Shown piece by piece: positions 10,258 through 16,199 of a stretch of 34,558 nucleotides of DNA. Both the position numbers and the translations under genes were made by a program. The notes under the pieces are model-generated. The model was not told where the DNA came from, ran no database searches, and saw only the letters and a list, made by a program, of their open reading frames with translations. This DNA is from a virus (Duplodnaviria > Caudoviricetes). The stretch is from IMG/VR virus record IMGVR_UViG_3300020042_001134, positions 1-34,558 of that record; one strand, 5' to 3'. The stretch's first letter is position 1. Each line of letters opens with the position of its first letter.

Positions 10258-10661
10258 GTTATTTTGCAAGAGTACCCACACTTATAGACGGTAAAGGCAT
10301 TGTTGATTATGTTATTGCCGCTGACCAAGAATTTATTGATTCAGGCGCAGAAGGTGATGCAAGTCTGTGGTGGCAAACCTCTTACAACACGCATGGAAAT
10401 GTTCACTACGGTCAAGACGGTCAACCAGATGGCGGCGTAGCTTTGCGTTCAAATTATGCCGGAATTGGCTACACACTTGACACAACGGTTGTACAAAATG
10501 GTGTGATTGGTGTGTTTTATGCGCCTCAACCTTACCCCTCGTGGGTTCTTGATACCCAAACTTATTATTGGGAAGCGCCTGTGCCGTATCCTACCGACGG
10601 TGGAGATTACGTTTGGGATGAAGCTACTCAATCATGGGTGCTTGCACCAACTGAGACATAA
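10254..10661 (+). CDS. conserved partner of the Gly-rich protein (unknown function)
   Basis: ATGA overlap; MSYFA...WWQTSYN...NYAGIGY...PQPYPSW...WDE motifs. Confidence 0.65.
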   Translation: MSYFARVPTLIDGKGIVDYVIAADQEFIDSGAEGDASLWWQTSYNTHGNVHYGQDGQPDGGVALRSNYAGIGYTLDTTVVQNGVIGVFYAPQPYPSWVLDTQTYYWEAPVPYPTDGGDYVWDEATQSWVLAPTET

Positions 10662-10663
10662 TC

Positions 10664-10918
10664 ATGGAATGGCAAAATCTTATTAACGTAGGCGGCGGCT
10701 TATTACTAACAATAGGTGGTTGGTTTTGCCGCCAGTTATGGGATTCTGTCAAAGAACTTAAAGCTGACATTGCTGACTTGCGTTTGCACGTTAGCGAAAG
10801 TTACGTCAAAAAGTCTGAAATTGAAACGCTAAGGATGGAAATGGATAAGCGTTTTGACCGCATAGAATTATTGTTAGACCGTTTGTACGAAAAACTTGAT
10901 TCTAAGGTAGACAAATGA
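10664..10918 (+). CDS. membrane-anchored coiled-coil protein (lysis-cassette accessory, holin/antiholin-like)
   Basis: N-terminal TM segment then coiled coil; first gene of the lysis cassette. Confidence 0.55.
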   Translation: MEWQNLINVGGGLLLTIGGWFCRQLWDSVKELKADIADLRLHVSESYVKKSEIETLRMEMDKRFDRIELLLDRLYEKLDSKVDK

Positions 10919-11175
10919 AATTAGTTGACAATGCGAAAGACTGGTCTAAATGGTGGTCTGTTAGGCTTTCTATTATTGGCGGTGGTTTGCTAACTTTTTT
11001 GGAGATGTATCCCAATGCTGTCGGAACTGTTATCCAAGCTATTCCAGCGGAACTTAGAGCAAGCATCCCCTCCGACATCTTCCGGATCGTTGGAATCGTC
11101 TGCGTCATTGCCAGTCCAGTCGCAAGAGTTATCAAGCAATCCAAACTGGATAACAACGCTGACAAAGCAACTTAG
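10915..11175 (+). CDS. holin
   Basis: 86 aa, two TM segments, KWWSVRL motif, VARVIKQ basic tail, next to endolysin. Confidence 0.75.
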   Translation: MKLVDNAKDWSKWWSVRLSIIGGGLLTFLEMYPNAVGTVIQAIPAELRASIPSDIFRIVGIVCVIASPVARVIKQSKLDNNADKAT

Positions 11176-11578
11176 AAGCGACGAGGGCGAAGTTTTAAGC
11201 GCATATCAAGACCATTTAGGGTATTGGACAATCGGCGTAGGTAGGCTTATAGACAAGCGCAGAGGCGGTTGTATAAGCAAAGAAGAATCTACCTATCTTT
11301 TGACCAACGACATAAACAGATGCGTCAAAGATATTGCCGCAGCATTGCCGTGGTTTGAAGCCCTTAACGATGCTCGCAAGGGGGTGCTTATCAATATGTC
11401 GTTTCAGCTCGGTGTAGCGGGTTTAATGCAGTTTAAAACCATGCTAGGATACATTGAAGCGGGGAAGTATAGCGAAGCCGCTGATAGTATGTATCAATCG
11501 TTATGGGCAAAGCAAACACCTGAACGATGCAACCGCATGGCGCAACAAATGAGGTCAGGGCAATGGCAATTTGGCTAA
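11015..11578 (+). CDS. endolysin, T4-lysozyme-like (GH24)
   Basis: DEG...AYQDHLGYWTIGVGRL gives the E-x8-D-x5-T catalytic pattern; NMSFQLG and WAKQTPER motifs; GGAG at 11001-11004 before ATG 11015. Confidence 0.9.
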   Translation: MLSELLSKLFQRNLEQASPPTSSGSLESSASLPVQSQELSSNPNWITTLTKQLRSDEGEVLSAYQDHLGYWTIGVGRLIDKRRGGCISKEESTYLLTNDINRCVKDIAAALPWFEALNDARKGVLINMSFQLGVAGLMQFKTMLGYIEAGKYSEAADSMYQSLWAKQTPERCNRMAQQMRSGQWQFG

Positions 11579-11799
11579 AATTTAAAGTGTATATTTTGTC
11601 TATTGGCGCAGCTTTGGCGGCTATTTTTGGTGTTTATTTATATGGGCGCAAAACTGGCACATACAAAGAAATGGAACGCCAGGCTGAAGCAGACCGCAAA
11701 CAATCAAGGGAAATAGAAAATGCAGCGGATAACGCTAGGGATATTGATGCTGACCCTCTTGAGCGGTTGCGTAAGCACAAGAAGCTCAGAGACTTATAG
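11563..11799 (+). CDS. inner-membrane spanin (Rz-like)
   Basis: ATG 11563 with GAGG SD; N-terminal TM then charged helix; follows endolysin. Confidence 0.7.
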   Translation: MAIWLKFKVYILSIGAALAAIFGVYLYGRKTGTYKEMERQAEADRKQSREIENAADNARDIDADPLERLRKHKKLRDL

Positions 11800-11923
11800 A
11801 TCAGTGTGTAGGGAGCTAGAGCGAGACTTGCCAACATATTCGGCTAAAGACACACAAGAAACCCTGCAAACTGGCGCAAGGTTTCTTGATGTGTTTGCTG
11901 CGGTTTGTACTAAAAACAAGTAG
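11720..11923 (+). CDS. outer-membrane spanin lipoprotein (Rz1-like)
   Basis: Signal peptide with lipobox LSGC; overlaps the 3' end of the i-spanin. Confidence 0.75.
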   Translation: MQRITLGILMLTLLSGCVSTRSSETYRSVCRELERDLPTYSAKDTQETLQTGARFLDVFAAVCTKNK

Positions 11924-12059
11924 TGTTGCAGTTGTTGCCGTAACAGCAAGTTGTGCAAGTCACCATACGCCCACCTGACATATAAGTGTGCGTTGTGCAA
12001 GCTGCATAAGCTGCGGTAGCTGACATTGCCAGCACAATTCCAATCAGATACTTTTTCAT
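11910..12059 (-). CDS. small secreted cysteine-rich peptide (49 aa; not in ORF track)
   Basis: MKKYLIGIVLAMSATAAYA-ACTTHTYMSGGRMVTCTTCCYGNNCNTTCF; Sec signal with AxA site, 6 Cys, ATGA coupling to upstream gene, AAGGA SD. Confidence 0.8.
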   Translation of the reverse strand: MKKYLIGIVLAMSATAAYAACTTHTYMSGGRMVTCTTCCYGNNCNTTCF

Positions 12060-12256
12060 GTTTTATCCTTAATTAAGTAATAACGAGCAAAACGAACTTC
12101 ACCTTCATCAATCATCTTGGTCACTATGTTGTGGCCTCGTTGCTTGAGTTTAAAAATAATATCGGCAAGCCGTGTTACACGGTAAAGCATAATGGCTTCC
12201 CAGCTAGTAATAGGGTTTTTTGTAAGATGCGTCAATACCTGGTCAGTTTTAGTCAT
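12056..12256 (-). CDS. small winged-HTH protein (true start 12256)
   Basis: PITSWEAIMLYRVTRLADIIFKLKQRGHNI phage wHTH pattern; ATGA overlaps on both sides. Confidence 0.75.
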   Translation of the reverse strand: MTKTDQVLTHLTKNPITSWEAIMLYRVTRLADIIFKLKQRGHNIVTKMIDEGEVRFARYYLIKDKT

Positions 12257-12441
12257 TTTGTGATCCAATGCAAAAGTGGCAAGAAACCAAAAACAGCAAA
12301 CAACACAAGTGCGCCAAGCACCCAACCTTCTAGCGGGATGCGTTGGTCGGCATTGGTATAACGTGAGTATCTTTTCATTTGGCGTGGTGTCCGTAATGTC
12401 CAGTTTGGATGCGAATAGTCTGCTTGTTTGCCCCAATTCAT
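12253..12441 (-). CDS. small protein with C-terminal TM helix
   Basis: ATGA overlap with upstream stop; GWVLGALVLFAVFGFLPLLHW. Confidence 0.65.
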   Translation of the reverse strand: MNWGKQADYSHPNWTLRTPRQMKRYSRYTNADQRIPLEGWVLGALVLFAVFGFLPLLHWITK

Positions 12442-12671
12442 AGCCACCCCCCAATTTCTGCTTCAAGTTCTTCAACCAATTCTTTGTACTTTGCTTCTTT
12501 GCGATTTTTCACAAGAATCATCACAATGTTGTACAAAGCGTCACCACCCTCAATGCGCTCAAACCAGTCAAGCCAGTGAATACCGTCTTGGTCAATGCCG
12601 CTGTGTTCAATCACATCCATTACTTCGTCAGCGGTTTGTGTGTTTAAGTTGAAACGTTCGTCATCGTCCAT
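12438..12671 (-). CDS. acidic hypothetical early protein
   Basis: 77 aa, first gene after the distal leftward promoter, CAGGTG SD. Confidence 0.7.
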   Translation of the reverse strand: MDDDERFNLNTQTADEVMDVIEHSGIDQDGIHWLDWFERIEGGDALYNIVMILVKNRKEAKYKELVEELEAEIGGWL

Positions 12672-12714
12672 TTATGCACCTGTATGTAGTTAATGGCGTT
12701 ATTGCCATGTAGAA

Positions 12715-12743
12715 ATATTAAGCTAACTTAACAATCAATACAA
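12715..12743 (-). promoter_or_regulatory. leftward sigma70 promoter (distal)
   Basis: TTGTAT-17 nt-TAATAT on the minus strand. Confidence 0.7.
12718..12731. promoter_or_regulatory. operator TTAAG-N4-CTTAA (perfect)
   Basis: TTAAGCTAACTTAA overlapping the -10 and spacer; one of four copies. Confidence 0.7.
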
Positions 12744-12779
12744 CATTATTTTATAGGGACAAACCCTAAGTGTTGTATT
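12737..12779. repeat. nested inverted repeat
   Basis: AATACAACA...TGTTGTATT enclosing TAGGG-ACAAA-CCCTA. Confidence 0.7.
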
Positions 12780-12789
12780 TTTGTTGGGG

Positions 12790-12839
12790 TGCGGGTACTA
12801 ACCGGAACAAGGAGTGGGAGGGACACGGCTTTCCCCGCA
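12790..12839 (-). ncRNA. loop-E hairpin RNA with anti-SD loop (candidate sRNA or 3' UTR element)
   Basis: UGCGGG-GAA-AGCCG-[UGUCCCUCCCACUCCUUGUUC]-CGGUU-AGUA-CCCGCA. Confidence 0.55.
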
Positions 12840-12844
12840 GTTAA

Positions 12845-13579
12845 TTATAGGTTGTTTTTAATTTTGTAAAACAACAATAAACATTGAAAACATTGCCAAG
12901 CATCAGCCAAATCCTCCTCTGAATGTTCGATTAGTTTTACATTACCATCAGCAGTAAAAAACACATTGGCGCATCTGGCGGTCGGTTTGCCAAGACCAAC
13001 ACGGTAGGCTGCTAGTTGCATAATTTGTTCGTGGTACGGCACAACTTTGTCGAGCTTGTCTTTGCTCTTAAAGTCAATCACGATGTTCTCAGCAATTAAA
13101 TCCACTTTGCCGCCAAAACCCTCGAAAGCAAACGAGCGTTCTGCTTCCCATCGTTGATCCTGCCCAAAGTGGATTTGGATTGCAGCATCCACTTGGTCAA
13201 CATAACGAGGGTAATCGTCACGCTCACCGCTGTAGTACCGTTCCAACACACCGTGCATTTGTGTGCCACGATCCATAGCTTCACGGCCTGTAGACCTAGA
13301 ATCGGACATAACCCGTTCTAACCAGTTTTCCTCCGTTTCGCCAGCAATGCGTGGCAAGGTCAGCGCAGCCAGTAAGACTTGTTGCTGCAACCAAGTGTTT
13401 AGACCAGGCTTGGCAACTATCCCCAAAACAGTGGTAACCGATGGCACAAGGTTGCGTTCTCGTGCGTCACGAACCGTTGTGTTGCGTTCTTTGCCGTTTT
13501 TGCCAATGATCCGGTAAGCAGGGCTACCGTCTACCGCATACCAATGGCCTGACTCTGAATCTGCTGATTTAATAATCAT
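12845..13579 (-). CDS. PD-(D/E)XK exonuclease (recombination-module nuclease)
   Basis: PSVTTVL, RGTQMH, E...GKVDL...IDFKS and QLAAY motifs; linked to ERF and SSB. Confidence 0.85.
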   Translation of the reverse strand: MIIKSADSESGHWYAVDGSPAYRIIGKNGKERNTTVRDARERNLVPSVTTVLGIVAKPGLNTWLQQQVLLAALTLPRIAGETEENWLERVMSDSRSTGREAMDRGTQMHGVLERYYSGERDDYPRYVDQVDAAIQIHFGQDQRWEAERSFAFEGFGGKVDLIAENIVIDFKSKDKLDKVVPYHEQIMQLAAYRVGLGKPTARCANVFFTADGNVKLIEHSEEDLADAWQCFQCLLLFYKIKNNL

Positions 13580-13767
13580 TTCCGTGCCTCCATCATTGCG
13601 TTTGCAACAACATAAGCATCTTCTGCCATTTGGCTTAATTCTCCACCTTGTGCAGCAAATCCAGTTAATGCCGCAGCAGCAAAGTAATCCCGCAGACTCA
13701 TGCCCTGAGCCATTGAATCATCTTGTATCCAAGTCGGAAAAGCTGGAATCAATTTGTTTATATTCAT
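13576..13767 (-). CDS. small conserved phage protein
   Basis: PAFP...GMSLRDYFAAAAL...AYVVANAMMEAR pattern; ATGA overlaps. Confidence 0.8.
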   Translation of the reverse strand: MNINKLIPAFPTWIQDDSMAQGMSLRDYFAAAALTGFAAQGGELSQMAEDAYVVANAMMEARK

Positions 13768-13907
13768 TTGTTCACCTGTTTAGCTAATTTTTTAAGCATC
13801 TCAATGGCATCTTGTAGGTCTTGCATGGCACGAGGGTCTAGCACCATGCCCTCGTACCATTGCTGCAGCCGCCAAGATATTAGGATTGCTTCTTCAGTCT
13901 TGTTCAT
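13764..13907 (-). CDS. hypothetical 47-aa protein (not in ORF track)
   Basis: MNKTEEAILISWRLQQWYEGMVLDPRAMQDLQDAIEMLKKLAKQVNK; fills the gap exactly with TGATG and ATGA overlaps. Confidence 0.7.
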   Translation of the reverse strand: MNKTEEAILISWRLQQWYEGMVLDPRAMQDLQDAIEMLKKLAKQVNK

Positions 13908-14326
13908 CAGAAAGGCACATCATCTGCAAGGTCAGCAAGGTCAACGACATTGCCTTCTTTGATTGCCCGATATGCGTCAGGTTTCTTTGGTGCTGGCGAT
14001 TCTTCAGATTTGCCGCCAAGCATCTGCATTTGGTCAGCAACGACTTCCGTAGAAAATTGCTCTACACCGTCTTTGTTTTGCCATTTGCGAGTAGTCATTC
14101 TGCCAGCAATGTACACTTGCGAGCCTTTGCGTAGATAATCACCACAAACGCCAGCAAGTTTGCCAAACGCAACAATGCGAATCCACTCAACGGATTCTTT
14201 TTCTTTGGACTTCCATCCACAAGCAATTGAGAAGTTTGCAATGGCCTCACCAGAAGCGGCAAAGCGCACTTCTGGATCACGCCCAAGCCTGCCAATAAAC
14301 TCACAACGATTTAGGTCATTTGCCAT
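13907..14326 (-). CDS. ssb: single-stranded DNA-binding protein (start 14326)
   Basis: LNRCEFIGRLGRDPEVR, LRKGSQVYIAGRMTTRKW, acidic tail DDVPF; GGGAG SD. Confidence 0.95.
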   Translation of the reverse strand: MANDLNRCEFIGRLGRDPEVRFAASGEAIANFSIACGWKSKEKESVEWIRIVAFGKLAGVCGDYLRKGSQVYIAGRMTTRKWQNKDGVEQFSTEVVADQMQMLGGKSEESPAPKKPDAYRAIKEGNVVDLADLADDVPF

Positions 14327-14327
14327 A

Positions 14328-14891
14328 TTATTTTGCTCCCGCAAGTTGAACTTTGATCCCATCGTACATAGCTTTCAAGACTTCTTTCTGCGAATCAGGC
14401 GCAGATTTGTACCATTTGGCAAAACACGCTTTTAAAGCCTCTAAATCGGTCTGTGCCGCCATTTCGTCTACTGCGTAATCCATGTCTATCGTTACGGCTA
14501 TTGGCGGCTTAGGCAGCGTTTTTACAGCGGCTTCACCATCATCGTCAGCCGAAGCAACGCAAAGCGCCGTTTGAATTGAGTACCGTTTTGCGTAACTTAA
14601 CGCCGAGCCGAAGCCCTGACTGTCTTGTTTGCTTGCAGGTACAAACAATTTGCCAAACGACATTTCTTGACCTGATTCGTGAATCAACACGGTTTCAACA
14701 CAAACACCGCCTTCTGCATCGTGTGTTTTTTGCACAATAGCCAATCCGTTTCCGGCAAGATGAGGTCTTATGGCATCTATGACGGAAGCAAGCGAACTGT
14801 ACGAAGATTTAAAGTGGGGGTTTTTACTATCTTTTGCTGCGTGGTTCATAGCAGCCTGGGCGGAAACTAATGCTTTTGCTAATTCTTTCAT
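14328..14891 (-). CDS. erf: ERF-family ssDNA annealing protein
   Basis: KDSKNPHFKSSY, LIHESGQ, QGFGSALSYAKRY and DDDGE motifs. Confidence 0.92.
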   Translation of the reverse strand: MKELAKALVSAQAAMNHAAKDSKNPHFKSSYSSLASVIDAIRPHLAGNGLAIVQKTHDAEGGVCVETVLIHESGQEMSFGKLFVPASKQDSQGFGSALSYAKRYSIQTALCVASADDDGEAAVKTLPKPPIAVTIDMDYAVDEMAAQTDLEALKACFAKWYKSAPDSQKEVLKAMYDGIKVQLAGAK

Positions 14892-14934
14892 TTTTGCACC
14901 TGTATGTAATCCTGACGGGTATGTCAGTAGCTAG

Positions 14935-14963
14935 ATATTAAGGCATCTAAACAAATGTGTCAA
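14935..14963 (-). promoter_or_regulatory. leftward sigma70 promoter (PL-like) with imperfect operator at 14938-14951
   Basis: TTGACA-17 nt-TAATAT on the minus strand; TTAAGGCATCTAAA operator copy. Confidence 0.8.
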
Positions 14964-14977
14964 ATACAAAGTAATTA

Positions 14978-14993
14978 TGTTAAGATTGCTTCA
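14978..14993 (+). promoter_or_regulatory. extended -10 promoter and operator for a leaderless cro-like mRNA
   Basis: TG-T-TAAGAT ends 6 nt before ATG 14993, no SD present; TTAAGATTGCTTCA operator copy at 14980-14993. Confidence 0.55.
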
Positions 14994-15229
14994 TGAATAC
15001 AACAGAAATCATACAAACTTTAGGCGGGACAACAAAGGTTGCCAAATTGTGCGGCGTAAGTGTGCCAGCTGTCAGCCAATGGAAAACCAACGGAATCCCT
15101 GTGGATAAGCTCGTTTTTATGGGTGGGGAACTGGAGCGTTTGTCTGATGGCAAGTGGACTCGACGCAACGCTTTCCCTGACAACTTTACAATTATTTGGC
15201 CTGAGTTGCGTAAAAAACAAAAATCGTAG
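14993..15229 (+). CDS. Cro/YdaS-like HTH transcription regulator
   Basis: IIQTLGGTTKVAKLCGVSVPAVSQWKTNGIP HTH; divergent from the early leftward operon. Confidence 0.88.
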   Translation: MNTTEIIQTLGGTTKVAKLCGVSVPAVSQWKTNGIPVDKLVFMGGELERLSDGKWTRRNAFPDNFTIIWPELRKKQKS

Positions 15230-15234
15230 ATAAT
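15206..15234 (+). promoter_or_regulatory. sigma70 promoter at the end of cro driving the ncRNA region
   Basis: TTGCGT-17 nt-GATAAT. Confidence 0.6.
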
Positions 15235-15246
15235 TTGCACATCCCT

Positions 15247-15356
15247 TGGTCGGGGAGATAAAGCAATAAGGCTTCACATGGATACTCAGTAGGTTATTGC
15301 ACCTACCCGACCAGACCCCTTAAAAAAGGGTTGAGTATTCAGGTGAAGCCTTTTTT
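15247..15356 (+). ncRNA. c4/CI-type antisense RNA with upstream target sites and U-tract
   Basis: Outer stem AAGGCTTCAC/GTGAAGCCTT, inner GATACTCA/TGAGTATT, two internal hairpins; loop TTATTGC and linker CCCGACCA complement GCAATAA (15263-15269) and TGGTCGGG (15247-15254). Confidence 0.7.
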
Positions 15357-15370
15357 ATGTTTAAACGGAA

Positions 15371-15614
15371 CGCAGACCAAAGTTAGCTGCGGACAAAGTG
15401 GGACTCAGAACCCAGCCGAGTGTAGTACGTTGTGATCTGGAGGCTCTAACGACATACCAGCGGATCACGATAGCAAGCAGACTGGGGGATAGTGGATGGA
15501 ATACTGCACAAATAGGCGGCGAAGTTAGCACCTATTCCACGAATGGCTGACGGGTTCTGTGGCTCCGGAAAGGATACAGATTAAGGCGAATCTAGGTAGG
15601 CTAGGTTCGTCCAC
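15371..15614 (+). ncRNA. large structured non-coding element (unassigned)
   Basis: No plausible ORF; at least six helices, several with G-U pairs favouring a + strand RNA. Confidence 0.55.
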
Positions 15615-15644
15615 CAGACAGGATCAACAGTAAAGGGAGTAGTG

Positions 15645-15800
15645 ATGAATAAAGAGGAAGATGTTAAGTCGTTGCCTAGTAACTTAAAGGATTGGACTGA
15701 ATTACATTTAATTGAAACTTTTAAATTGACCAAAAAATTAGATTTGCGTGAAATAATTGCTACAGAGTTGGCAAAAAGAATTAAAGACAGCAAAAAATAG
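15645..15800 (+). CDS. hypothetical 51-aa protein (not in ORF track)
   Basis: GGGAG SD; MNKEEDVKSLPSNLKDWTELHLIETFKLTKKLDLREIIATELAKRIKDSKK. Confidence 0.6.
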   Translation: MNKEEDVKSLPSNLKDWTELHLIETFKLTKKLDLREIIATELAKRIKDSKK

Positions 15801-15801
15801 T

Positions 15802-15837
15802 TTGCTTTTTTTTACTCACAGGATTAAGCTATCTTAA
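15802..15837 (+). promoter_or_regulatory. rightward promoter with perfect operator
   Basis: TTGCTT-17 nt-TAAGCT; TTAAGCTATCTTAA at 15824-15837. Confidence 0.6.
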
Positions 15838-15849
15838 ACAAGGAACATT

Positions 15850-16002
15850 ATGAAAACATTGATCGAATGGTTAAGGGACAAGCTCAGGAAAGAGGATAGC
15901 AAAGAAAACGTTGAGCAGATTTGTGATTGTTGTGGACAAGTCTCAAGGCTTACAGACGGTTTGTGCGAATGGTGTGAACGATTTTACAAGGCAAATAAAT
16001 GA
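15850..16002 (+). CDS. small C4 zinc-finger-like protein (50 aa; not in ORF track)
   Basis: AAGGA SD; CDCCGQVSRLTDGLCEWC; ATGA overlap with the next gene. Confidence 0.7.
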   Translation: MKTLIEWLRDKLRKEDSKENVEQICDCCGQVSRLTDGLCEWCERFYKANK

Positions 16003-16199
16003 ACATTGACAAAGCGATTGAGATATTGCAATCAGGGCTAATTACGCAACAAGAGCAAACCGAACTAGCAAAGGTATTGCAAGCCAAGCGTGAGTGGGTT
16101 GGGCTGACTGATGATGAGCGAAACGAAATATACGAAACTCTTGATGCTTATGCTGATTTAGTTGCCATCGAAGCCAAACTACGGGAACGCAACACATGA
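15999..16199 (+). CDS. small protein with WxxLTxDE motif
   Basis: REWVGLTDDE...IEAKLRERNT; ATGA coupling. Confidence 0.75.
   Translation: MNIDKAIEILQSGLITQQEQTELAKVLQAKREWVGLTDDERNEIYETLDAYADLVAIEAKLRERNT

Noticed and set aside
11900-11930. Terminator between the convergent late and early arms
   Set aside because: The genes overlap by 14 nt and no hairpin with a U-tract is evident.
12257-12475. N-terminal extension of the 139-aa ORF 12056..12475
   Set aside because: It overlaps two better genes; ATGA coupling supports the start at 12256.
12845-13579. Cas4-like nuclease suggesting a CRISPR system
   Set aside because: No repeat-spacer array or other cas genes; the ERF/SSB context indicates a recombination exonuclease.
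15397-15403. AGTGGGA complementary to the anti-SD hairpin loop (UCCCACU)
   Set aside because: A 7-nt match is at chance level, and the adjacent GGACA match is in the wrong order for a continuous duplex.
15247-15614. tRNA, tmRNA or self-splicing intron
   Set aside because: No T-loop GTTCRA in a cloverleaf context, no tag reading frame, no interrupted gene, and no group I/II core that I could recognise.
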